From the IMG/VR virus record IMGVR_UViG_3300028588_000019, positions 1 to 64,000 of that record: 64,000 bases of DNA, one strand, 5' to 3'. This stretch comes from a virus (Duplodnaviria; Caudoviricetes). Position numbers and translations under genes: made by a program. The notes beneath the pieces were generated by a model. That model was given only the letters and a program-made list of their open reading frames with translations, searched no databases and had not been told where the DNA came from. Below, in pieces: positions 44,528 to 53,086 of this stretch (position 1 is the first letter of the stretch; every line of letters starts with the position of its first letter).

Positions 44528-45147
44528 ACATTAAAGAAAACGAGCAAGGTCAAAAGCACTACATCCGCGTGAAAGCTGTCGAACAACTGCTACGCACGAT
44601 CCCGGGCACACTAGCACCTGCACCAGCAGAATTCGGACAGCTGACCGGCGCACTGCGCGAAGGCGTCCAGGACACGCCGAATCGCGTTGCCAAGGCTTGG
44701 GCGGAATGGACCAGCGGTTATAGCATTGACATCGCAGAACTGCTGAAGGTGTTCGAAGACGGCGCCGAGGGCTACGATGAGATGGTTGTGGTCAAAGACA
44801 TCCCCATCTACAGCAAGTGCGAGCATCACCTCGCAGACATCTTCGGCACGGCAACCATCGCGTATATCCCGGACGGCAAGGTTGTCGGCCTGTCCAAGCT
44901 GTCCCGCCTGGCAGATGCGTTCGCAAAGCGTCTGCAAGTGCAGGAGCGCCTGACGGTGCAGATCGCTGACGCGCTGATGGAACATCTGCAACCGAAAGGC
45001 TGTGGCGTTATCGTCCGTGCCAGACATATGTGCATGGAATCGCGGGGCATCTGCCAGCAAGGTCACCACACTGTGACTTCCGCATTGCGCGGTGTGTTCA
45101 AGGATCAACCTGAAACCCGCGCCGAATTCCTGGCGCACGGAAAATAA
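44524..45147 (+). CDS. folE: GTP cyclohydrolase I
   Basis: DTPNRVAKA, CEHHL, VVGLSKL.R, RLQVQERLT, HMCM..RG. Confidence 0.97.
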   Translation: MNIKENEQGQKHYIRVKAVEQLLRTIPGTLAPAPAEFGQLTGALREGVQDTPNRVAKAWAEWTSGYSIDIAELLKVFEDGAEGYDEMVVVKDIPIYSKCEHHLADIFGTATIAYIPDGKVVGLSKLSRLADAFAKRLQVQERLTVQIADALMEHLQPKGCGVIVRARHMCMESRGICQQGHHTVTSALRGVFKDQPETRAEFLAHGK

Positions 45148-45156
45148 GGAGTCACC

Positions 45157-45522
45157 ATGTTGTTCCGTAAAAAGCCAGTCGTTATCGATGCGACGCAGTG
45201 GTTTAAGAATGGGGACCATCCGCAGGACTACGCCAAAGACGTAGAGGGATTCAAAAACGGCCAACACCATGTCTATGACAAATGTGTTGCGTCCACGAAC
45301 GGTTGGGAAGGTCAGGTTGTCCGCCACTACCGCCACCCGGAAGTGGCGGGTGACACCCCGTGCAAGCATTGCGGTCAAACCATGCACGACCACGGTTTGG
45401 TCGAAACGTTGGAAGGCGGTCACATCGTCTGTCCTGGAGACTGGATTATTACGGGTGTGAAGGGTGAACACTATCCGTGCAAACCTGACATTTTTGATGT
45501 AACGTACGAACAAGTTAAATAA
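45157..45522 (+). CDS. Conserved phage protein (PGDWII family)
   Basis: FRKKPVVI.A.QW...TLEG.H...PGDWII.GVKGE.YPCKPDIF..TYE. Confidence 0.8.
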   Translation: MLFRKKPVVIDATQWFKNGDHPQDYAKDVEGFKNGQHHVYDKCVASTNGWEGQVVRHYRHPEVAGDTPCKHCGQTMHDHGLVETLEGGHIVCPGDWIITGVKGEHYPCKPDIFDVTYEQVK

Positions 45523-45667
45523 GTCTGCCAGGGTGACCCAGAGCCACTGCAATGGTTAGGTGACACCTTTTTGACTGAAGCTGGTAGGTGGCAGCATCTA
45601 GCGAACAGCAGACCGGAGCCGAAAGGTAGTCTGATCCGGTCACCTTCTAACCTACTGAGGAAATAAC

Positions 45668-46231
45668 ATGAATCAAAAATATAACTTCTCGCTGTCCAAG
45701 AATGCGCTGTTCGGTATCGGTGCAGTGATCCTGCTGGCACTGGCAATCATGGTTGCCGTCTGGCCATCCAAGCCGACGCAAAGCTACCGTGAAGGTGCGG
45801 GCACCACGCGCGAGGGTACGGGCATCTATCGCGAAGGCATCGGCGGCGCTGCACCAGTTGCCCACAACTACCAACCGGAGCAGTACGCGCATCCCGCACC
45901 AGTACAAGCGCAACCCGCTCCGGTTGTGGTGCAACAAGCTGCATCGTCGCGCGGCACGGACATGCTGACCGGTGCCGCTATCGGTGCGCTCGCAACCCAT
46001 GCGCTGACGTCCAAACCGGCTGCACCCGCGCCGGAACGCATCGTCGAACGTCGTACTGTGGTCAAGTACGTGCAGACCCCTCGCCCGAGCGTGCGTCCGC
46101 AGAAACCATACGTGCCTGCATACAAGTCCGATCGCTACGTGTCGACGTATAAAGCACCGACCAGCTACAGGCCAGCGAGCTATTCCAGCGGGTCGTCATA
46201 TCGCTCGACAGCAAGCTTCAGCAAGCGTTAA
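45668..46231 (+). CDS. Membrane-anchored protein with low-complexity S/Y/R-rich tail
   Basis: N-terminal TM, GAAIGALA segment, basic Ser/Tyr tail. Confidence 0.65.
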   Translation: MNQKYNFSLSKNALFGIGAVILLALAIMVAVWPSKPTQSYREGAGTTREGTGIYREGIGGAAPVAHNYQPEQYAHPAPVQAQPAPVVVQQAASSRGTDMLTGAAIGALATHALTSKPAAPAPERIVERRTVVKYVQTPRPSVRPQKPYVPAYKSDRYVSTYKAPTSYRPASYSSGSSYRSTASFSKR

Positions 46232-46346
46232 AACGCGCTACAAGCGCGTGCAATCCGGGGGTGCAGTGTGCTATGCTGTACCCCTTTTTAACGCGCTGCG
46301 CACCCTTGCCGCAAGCGCAAACCGCATTCCAGGGCCAGTACAAGCT

Positions 46347-47273
46347 ATGAAACTTTTCCTCGCTGCTGTCTACACCAATCATTACATGGAGACGCAGAAC
46401 CGCTACGAGAAGCTGAACGAAGCTGAGCAGCACATTATGTCGGATGTCCCGAACATCCTTGAATCATATCACTACGTTAAGAACCAGTCCTTTGTAGATA
46501 CAATGAGGTCGCGCGGTGCAAAGGTCTTTCTTGACTCGGGCGCATTCTCCGCGCACTCGCTGAACGCCCATATTGATATCAACCAGTATTGCGACTACAT
46601 CATCCGCAACAGGGATATCCTGCGCGTCGAAGATGGCGCAGTAATGGCTTCGGTGCTTGACGGTATCGGTGACCCGCTCAAGACCTACCAGCACCAGCTT
46701 CACATGGAAAAGATGGGTGCAAAGCCTCTCCCCTGCTTCCACTACGGCGAAGACATCCGTTACCTCGAGTTCTACGTCAAGAACTATGACTACATTACGA
46801 TCGGTGGTCTGGTGCGGCGCACGTCCGAAGCACAGAAGGTGTGGTTAGACCGCATTTGGCCGTACATGCTGGACGGTAGCGGTCGTCCAAAGTTGAAAGT
46901 CCATGCCTTCGGTATGACGGCACCGTGGCTGATGGAACGATATCCATGGTACAGTGTCGACTCCTCGTCTTGGATTCAGGCAGCGGCGTTCGGTTCCATC
47001 TTTACCAGCGAGCACGGACCAATTGCAGTGTCCAGCACTTCGCCTTCCCGGCACGACTACGGCAGGCACATAACCACACTACCCGACGTCGAGCGTCAAT
47101 ACATGGAGCAAATGCTCGCTAAAAAAGGTTTTGAAACTGAGCGTCTAGGCACAGTTTACGAATCCCGGGCAGTGTATAATATGCTGGGGTACATGGAATT
47201 AAACGACCTGATCCTCGAGCGGATCAAAGGCAAGCAGACATTCGATTGCAGTAAAATTCAGGAGCTATTCTAA
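46347..47273 (+). CDS. dpdA: DNA guanine transglycosylase DpdA
   Basis: TGT-barrel motifs FLDSGAFS, LD.IGD, FHYGE, VHAFG, YSVDSSSW; adjacent to que genes. Confidence 0.88.
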   Translation: MKLFLAAVYTNHYMETQNRYEKLNEAEQHIMSDVPNILESYHYVKNQSFVDTMRSRGAKVFLDSGAFSAHSLNAHIDINQYCDYIIRNRDILRVEDGAVMASVLDGIGDPLKTYQHQLHMEKMGAKPLPCFHYGEDIRYLEFYVKNYDYITIGGLVRRTSEAQKVWLDRIWPYMLDGSGRPKLKVHAFGMTAPWLMERYPWYSVDSSSWIQAAAFGSIFTSEHGPIAVSSTSPSRHDYGRHITTLPDVERQYMEQMLAKKGFETERLGTVYESRAVYNMLGYMELNDLILERIKGKQTFDCSKIQELF

Positions 47274-47692
47274 TGTGTGTAATTGACAGCTTTAACGGGG
47301 AGTTCCGCTTCCTGTCCAACTTTGCTTATTCTGAATTCACTTTGTACGGTACGCGCTACCCGACCGTTGAGCACGCCTACCAAGCATTGAAGTGTGTCAG
47401 CCAGCGCGACCACGACGGGATTGCGACTGCGCGAACTCCAGGCGTTGCCAAGAAGCTCGGTCGTGTAGTTCAGCTGCGCGAAGATTGGGAACAGTCAAAA
47501 GATGCGGTTATGATAGCATGTGTGTACGCCAAGTTCAAACAGAACCCGCATCTAGCCGAGCAACTGCGCAACACTCGCGGATGCACGCTAATCGAAGGGA
47601 ATACGTGGGGTGACCATTATTGGGGCGTCTGTAAGGGGACCGGGCAGAACATGCTTGGACAAATTCTAATGCGAGTAAGGGACATGGTTTAA
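47273..47692 (+). CDS. NADAR (YbiA-like) ADP-ribose hydrolase
   Basis: FLSNF, YPTVEHAYQA.K, AKKLG, LREDWE, KFKQN..L..L, EGNTWGD.YWG, GQNMLG.ILM..R. Confidence 0.93.
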   Translation: MCVIDSFNGEFRFLSNFAYSEFTLYGTRYPTVEHAYQALKCVSQRDHDGIATARTPGVAKKLGRVVQLREDWEQSKDAVMIACVYAKFKQNPHLAEQLRNTRGCTLIEGNTWGDHYWGVCKGTGQNMLGQILMRVRDMV

Positions 47693-47904
47693 TGAATAAC
47701 ATCAAGTTCAAATGGTTGCTGTTGCGTAAAGCAATCTTCACCAAGTGGTTGGAGTTCCGCTACCGCAACCAAGATGGTGAAACCTGTTGCTGTGGATCGC
47801 AGATAGGTAAAGGTGGTGACATTTGCTATCACGGCGGGTGCCGCAGTATGAAGGACTATGTCATTGAACGCGAAGTCGAAAGGAAGTTTCCAAATGCCAC
47901 GTAA
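47692..47904 (+). CDS. Small Cys-rich protein
   Basis: TAATG coupling; CCCG...C.HGGC. Confidence 0.55.
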   Translation: MNNIKFKWLLLRKAIFTKWLEFRYRNQDGETCCCGSQIGKGGDICYHGGCRSMKDYVIEREVERKFPNAT

Positions 47905-48124
47905 CGAGCCCCCGAGCCACAGCCCGAAGGACTTCCCCGAAATGGAAGTATGGGTCGATGGAAAGCCGCAGCGTCGCCCTGTCGAGAGTGTACAGATGCC
48001 TAGTGCAATGGGTATGCTGATCGGCTTTGTGCCAACACCCCGTCTTGAACCTATCCTGTTTGAAAACGAACGTGCAGAACACTTGCTCGACGGTCGCGTT
48101 ATTATTATCAAGGTGAAGCAATGA
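47894..48124 (+). CDS. Hypothetical protein
   Basis: AAGGA RBS; starts MPRNEPP. Confidence 0.5.
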   Translation: MPRNEPPSHSPKDFPEMEVWVDGKPQRRPVESVQMPSAMGMLIGFVPTPRLEPILFENERAEHLLDGRVIIIKVKQ

Positions 48125-49095
48125 CTACAATGCTCGAAGCGTTGAAGTTTGTACAAGGAAGTATCGCTAAAAAAGAACTGGTCGATGAGCTCACGCACTT
48201 CCAAATTAAGAACGGTCGGGTTAGCGGTTACAACGGCGTGATTGCGCTTAGCAGCCCTATCCCGTTCGATCTCAACTGCAACCCCAAAGCAGCAGAGCTC
48301 ATCAAAGCTATCTCAAACTGCGACGAAAATGACACCATCCAGTTGTCGTTGACCCCAGGCGGCAAGCTGACCGTCAAGAGCGCAGGGTTCCGCGTCAACA
48401 TCCAGTCTTTCAATGAGCCTGTGCACAGTTACGAGCCTGAAGGTGAAGTTGTAGAGTTCGACGGCGAAGCGTTCTTGCAGGGTGTGAAGGCTGTGTCCCC
48501 ATTCATTGGACAGGATGCTTCGCGTAAATGGTCGCAGGGTGTGCTAATTAAAGACAGCTCGTTCTTTGCGACCAATAATGTCACGTTGGTCCAATACTGG
48601 CTGGGCGCAGTATTTCCGTTCGAGATTAACATCCCGATGCCTACGGTTAAAGAAATTCTGCGCATCAAGGAAGCACCCCTCTCGATGCAGGTTGCGGAGA
48701 ACTGCTTTACCCTGCACTACAGCGGGGACCGCTGGCTCCGGTCGCAGTATTACAGTATCAAAGAGTGGCCTGACCTTGGGAAGATCCTGGACCGCCCGTT
48801 TAACCCCGGACCACTTGATCCAGCAGTCTTTGTTGGTCTTGAAAAGATGAAAAGCTTCGTCGACCCGCTGGGGAGCATTTACTTCCAGGGCGGTCTGATG
48901 ACCACACATCCTGACGTTGCTGAAGCTAACGCCACGTTCGCGGTCCCGAGCATCCAAACCGAAGGCCTGTTTAACAATCAAATGCTTGCGCTGCTCGAAG
49001 GTGTTGCGACGCATATCGACTGGACAACCTACCCTGCACCGTGCCTGTTCTCAGGCGATCGGCTGCGCGGTGCAATTGTGGGGATGCGCAAATGA
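48121..49095 (+). CDS. Sliding clamp (DNA Pol III beta-like)
   Basis: 324 aa upstream of the polymerase; beta-rich repeats ending LRGAIVGMR. Confidence 0.65.
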   Translation: MTTMLEALKFVQGSIAKKELVDELTHFQIKNGRVSGYNGVIALSSPIPFDLNCNPKAAELIKAISNCDENDTIQLSLTPGGKLTVKSAGFRVNIQSFNEPVHSYEPEGEVVEFDGEAFLQGVKAVSPFIGQDASRKWSQGVLIKDSSFFATNNVTLVQYWLGAVFPFEINIPMPTVKEILRIKEAPLSMQVAENCFTLHYSGDRWLRSQYYSIKEWPDLGKILDRPFNPGPLDPAVFVGLEKMKSFVDPLGSIYFQGGLMTTHPDVAEANATFAVPSIQTEGLFNNQMLALLEGVATHIDWTTYPAPCLFSGDRLRGAIVGMRK

Positions 49096-49448
49096 ACGAT
49101 ACTACCGCGAAGCGAAGGCCTGTAATTGTGGTCATGGGGGCGCCAATGGGCGGCAAAAGCTGGGTGAACGACGCCCTCCGCAAGTTCGCAGAAGAGGGTC
49201 ATGCCACCGTGCTTATCGTACCTGAGCTCGGAACCGTTCAAGGTACGCGGTTTGTTGCGTTGGACGAGTACGCTGACCTAACTTGCTCGAACACCATGAC
49301 CCCACACACGGCGTTCCCGGAATTCATCGAACCTACCGACACCCGCAAGGAGAAGTTCGCACAGCTGACAGCTGAACTGTACCGTGCAAAAGCGATGCGC
49401 AATAAGCATCTTGTTAAAGAACTTGAAAAGCGCATTAAGCGACTCTAA
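49092..49448 (+). CDS. Hypothetical protein
   Basis: ATGA overlap; GAPMGGKS P-loop-like motif. Confidence 0.55.
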   Translation: MNDTTAKRRPVIVVMGAPMGGKSWVNDALRKFAEEGHATVLIVPELGTVQGTRFVALDEYADLTCSNTMTPHTAFPEFIEPTDTRKEKFAQLTAELYRAKAMRNKHLVKELEKRIKRL

Positions 49449-49450
49449 TC

Positions 49451-51517
49451 ATGCGGGCAGATAGCGTAGGATTATTCTGGGAGGACGTTGCTAAAGTCAA
49501 GCCTCCCAAGAAAGAAAAAGTAAAGCGCACTCCACCCGAGAAGTTTTGGACGGTGGAAGGTTACATTCCGCCTGGTGCACTGGAGGAAGCGCAGTCGTAC
49601 GAGTACAAGTTCTTCAACGATATGGAACTGTACCAGGCAATGTTGCGCGGTGAACGCTTGGTGTATGACTTGGAGGTCTACCCGAATTATTTCCTAGCAG
49701 GCTTTAAAGGCATTGATAGCGGAAAGTATGTGTTCCTCGAAGAGATTCACCACGATCTTGGCGACCTCCCTGAACGCACTTACAACCGCGAAAAGCTCAA
49801 GTGGATCCTTGAAAAGTTTACGCTGATTAGCTTCAACGGCAAGAAGTACGACGATATCATTTCTGCGCTTGCAGTGCACCCGCAATTCGGCTGCATTGAC
49901 TTCTGGAACGCAACCTGCATGCTGATCCAGGAGGGTTTGCGCGACCGTGATATTTATTCGCACTACTCTGTCAAGAAACTTGAAATTGACAGTATCGACA
50001 TTAAAGAGCTTACAGCGCAAGGGCCTAGTTTGAAGAAATGCGCAGCACGCTTGCATGCCCCACGATTGCAAGACCTGCCGTTCATCCCCGGTACATACCT
50101 CACGGACAGGCAAATTGTTGTGTTGCGCCGATACAACATCAACGACTTGGACAACACGCAGATTGTTTACGAGTCCAAGCTCGACATTATTGCGATTCGT
50201 GAGCAGAAGGGTAAAGAATACGGCGTAGACCTGCGGTCTAGTTCCGATGCGCAAATGGCTGAAGCGATTGTTGGCGCTGAGATTCGGCGTATGACCGGAC
50301 GCAAGTATATCCAGCGCACCAAGATTGACCCCGGTACAGCTTACAAATACCGCGCGCCAACGTGGGTGAACTTTAAGACTCCGATGATGCAAGACTTCTT
50401 GCGTCGATTGCAGAAGCTGGACTTTGTGGTCAACCATTGGGACGGCGGTTTGCTCATGCCGCCTGAGCTCGATAAGTACACTATTAAGATTGCAGAGGGT
50501 AGCTATGCTGTCGGTATCGGTGGGCTGCACAGCCAGGAGAAGTCGGTTGCATGGTACGCAGACGACGAATACGAACTGGTTGACACCGACGCGACGTCCT
50601 ACTATCCCACACTGATCCTTAACGCGGGTCTGAAACCGCAATCGCTCGGTGACGCGTTCATTCAGATTTATCGTCGCATCGTTCAAGAGCGTGTTGCAGC
50701 AAAGCACGCAGGCGACGACATCACCGCGCAGTGCTTGAAGATTGTCATTAACGGCACGTTCGGTAAACTTGGCAATATGTACTCAATCATGTACGCGCCC
50801 CACCTCATGTTGCAGGTTACGATTACGGGTCAGCTGTCGCTGCTGATGCTCATTGAGCGCTTTGAGCTTGCAGGTATTCGCGTCATTAATGCTAACACCG
50901 ACGGTGTGGTTGCTCGTCCGCACAAGTCCCAGCGCGAAACCTTTAACGCTATCGTCAAGCAGTGGGAACGCGAAACGGGCTTCGGTACGGAAGAAACGCT
51001 CTACAAAGCGTACATGGCTAAAGACGTGAATAACTACCTTGCACAGTACGTTAAGCCTGAAAAGGGTCAGCACTTTAAGACAAAGGGTCTGTACGCTAAA
51101 ACCTCGTCGGCGAAGAATGCCGTCAATGAGGTCTGTATCCTTGCGCTGAAGGAATATCTCATCAACAAGACCTCCGTCGAAGAAACAATTCGCAACTGCA
51201 CAAAGCCATCCATGTTTACCACAATGCGCGAGACGCACATGGGCGGTGGAGCGGTCAAAGGGGACCAGTACCTCGGCAAAGTGGTTCGTTGGTATTACGC
51301 GAAAGGTGAGACCGGAGAGATTCAGGTCGTTAAGACGGGTAACAAGGTTGCACGCTCGGACGGTGCAATTCCACTGATGGATTTACCAGACGAGCTACCG
51401 GAGGATTTAGACTACGACTGGTACATCGCTGAGGCGAATAAGATCCTTGGTAAGATCGGTACAGTGGCGGAAGAGGGGGAGTCTGACGAAGAAGACGAAG
51501 AAACTGAAACCGCTTAA
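49451..51517 (+). CDS. Family B DNA polymerase
   Basis: Exo DLE and FNG..YD; motif A DATSYYP, motif B KIVINGTFGK, motif C NTDG. Confidence 0.9.
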   Translation: MRADSVGLFWEDVAKVKPPKKEKVKRTPPEKFWTVEGYIPPGALEEAQSYEYKFFNDMELYQAMLRGERLVYDLEVYPNYFLAGFKGIDSGKYVFLEEIHHDLGDLPERTYNREKLKWILEKFTLISFNGKKYDDIISALAVHPQFGCIDFWNATCMLIQEGLRDRDIYSHYSVKKLEIDSIDIKELTAQGPSLKKCAARLHAPRLQDLPFIPGTYLTDRQIVVLRRYNINDLDNTQIVYESKLDIIAIREQKGKEYGVDLRSSSDAQMAEAIVGAEIRRMTGRKYIQRTKIDPGTAYKYRAPTWVNFKTPMMQDFLRRLQKLDFVVNHWDGGLLMPPELDKYTIKIAEGSYAVGIGGLHSQEKSVAWYADDEYELVDTDATSYYPTLILNAGLKPQSLGDAFIQIYRRIVQERVAAKHAGDDITAQCLKIVINGTFGKLGNMYSIMYAPHLMLQVTITGQLSLLMLIERFELAGIRVINANTDGVVARPHKSQRETFNAIVKQWERETGFGTEETLYKAYMAKDVNNYLAQYVKPEKGQHFKTKGLYAKTSSAKNAVNEVCILALKEYLINKTSVEETIRNCTKPSMFTTMRETHMGGGAVKGDQYLGKVVRWYYAKGETGEIQVVKTGNKVARSDGAIPLMDLPDELPEDLDYDWYIAEANKILGKIGTVAEEGESDEEDEETETA

Positions 51518-51598
51518 AACGCGTTTGCCGCGTTTTGTTTGCGCGGTAGGGGGTAAGTGTAGGGGGTACGGGCTTTGCAGCGTGTACCCCCTTTGCCG

Positions 51599-52111
51599 TT
51601 ACTGCGCTGGTGCGTTGCAGGTGTCCCGCGCAGCGTTGTACAGGTCGATCAGGAGGTTGCGTTCTCGCACAAGTCTTGCACTGTCTGCTGCGGCGCGGAG
51701 AACGTCTTCAGAAGCTTCTGGCACCAGATCGGTTCCTCCTTCTTCGACACCGAATCCGGCAGTGGTGGGATTTGAGGGCGCTTGGTTTCCAGGAGCCGGA
51801 CTTGCGGGGCAGCGCAACCCGCTAGTGCCAGCACGAGCCCGAGCAATAGCTTTTTCAATTGCATCTTCATGTTTAGCTTTCAGGATGGATTCGTTGGTGG
51901 TGAGGGTTTGGACTTGAGCTTTCAACGCTGCTTCGCGCTGTTCGGCAAGCTTGTTCAGTTTGACTTGAGCGTCTTTCGCGATCTTGTCGTCGGATGCAAT
52001 TTGAGCAAGCAATTCTTGCGCACCGTCGTGACGCCCGTACTGGAATAGACCATAACCCAGCAGCGCAGCAAGCAGAAGGCCCACGAACCAGTCCAACAGG
52101 TCGGACTTCAT
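51599..52111 (-). CDS. Rz: Inner-membrane spanin (Rz-like)
   Basis: N-terminal TM and coiled coil, directly after the endolysin. Confidence 0.85.
   Translation of the reverse strand: MKSDLLDWFVGLLLAALLGYGLFQYGRHDGAQELLAQIASDDKIAKDAQVKLNKLAEQREAALKAQVQTLTTNESILKAKHEDAIEKAIARARAGTSGLRCPASPAPGNQAPSNPTTAGFGVEEGGTDLVPEASEDVLRAAADSARLVRERNLLIDLYNAARDTCNAPAQ
51649..51870 (-). CDS. Rz1: Outer-membrane lipoprotein spanin (Rz1-like), embedded in Rz
   Basis: Lipobox LALAGC and Pro-rich mature part, in an alternate frame within Rz. Confidence 0.8.
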   Translation of the reverse strand: MKMQLKKLLLGLVLALAGCAAPQVRLLETKRPQIPPLPDSVSKKEEPIWCQKLLKTFSAPQQTVQDLCENATS

Positions 52112-52596
52112 GCCAGCACCCCGCCAGCTTTTACGTAGGCGTTACGCAGAACGACGATATTGTTCATGTGCTGGTTTGCGTAGTTAGCACCAGGCAAGGA
52201 CGCCCAGCGGCTCTTGCACTTTTCGACAGCAACGTCGAAACGACCCGCTTCAACATCTTGCAAAGCTTTGCATTCACGGATCATTTGCACCGCGATTGCA
52301 TCTTGCGCAGCTGGGGAGAAGTCTTTCAGCTTCAACGACGCCTTGTAGAAGTCGAAGTAGCGCTTGAGCAGCTGGTAACGGCCAGCAGCGGTGGATGGGA
52401 TGACCACACCAGACTTCTGCTTCACCTGCACCAGCTTGCGCGGGTGGTCTTTGTAGCCTGTGAACAGATCGGGTTTGCTTGGCGTACTGCCAACGATCAC
52501 ATTGTAACCGTTGTCGGACTTTTGCAGCAAGACAGCGCCAAGCTCGCTGAATGCAATCATGTCCAGGAAGGCTTTAAGGTTGCGACTGATTTCCAT
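52108..52596 (-). CDS. Endolysin (lambda R-like lytic transglycosylase/lysozyme)
   Basis: KAFLDMIAFSE, STAAGRYQ, FSP..QD, WASLPG; ATG at 52596 has a GGAG RBS. Confidence 0.93.
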   Translation of the reverse strand: MEISRNLKAFLDMIAFSELGAVLLQKSDNGYNVIVGSTPSKPDLFTGYKDHPRKLVQVKQKSGVVIPSTAAGRYQLLKRYFDFYKASLKLKDFSPAAQDAIAVQMIRECKALQDVEAGRFDVAVEKCKSRWASLPGANYANQHMNNIVVLRNAYVKAGGVLA

Positions 52597-52978
52597 TACG
52601 TACTCCACGGATGTCGCCAATCACGTCGGTGATGGTCGAGTTTTGGTTGCGGATGATATAGTTGAACACCCAGCGAACGAATGCCCAACCCGGAAGCCCG
52701 CAGGTGAACACCAGCGCGAGCATGGCAATCAAACCGAACGGGGTGTTGACCCAGGATTGCAGGTCGTAATACTGGATGACTGCTGCTCCGCCACCAATGG
52801 ACGAGACGACTGTGCTGATGATGCCCACGGCCCATTCTTTCGGGCTGCGTGGTGTGGTAATACACATGACCACAATCGCCGCAAGTGTGGCCATTGCAAG
52901 AGCACCCAACCCTGCGGCGCTGTAAAGGGAAATGAATGCCACGGAAGTGTCCAGCGATTTAGGGTTGATGTCGTTCAT
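52574..52978 (-). CDS. Holin
   Basis: Three TM segments; first gene of the lysis cassette. Confidence 0.75.
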   Translation of the reverse strand: MNDINPKSLDTSVAFISLYSAAGLGALAMATLAAIVVMCITTPRSPKEWAVGIISTVVSSIGGGAAVIQYYDLQSWVNTPFGLIAMLALVFTCGLPGWAFVRWVFNYIIRNQNSTITDVIGDIRGVRNGNQSQP

Positions 52979-53028
52979 GTTGCGCCTTAGTAATTTGAGG
53001 TAGGTGATGGACTACAGATACACGGCCA

Positions 53029-53057
53029 ATTGTAGCCATCAACTACCTACAACGCAA
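53029..53057 (-). promoter_or_regulatory. Sigma70-like promoter of lysis cassette
   Basis: TTGCGT-17 nt-TACAAT on the minus strand. Confidence 0.7.
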
Positions 53058-53086
53058 ATGATATTTGTATCTAGTTGCTCGTCTCT

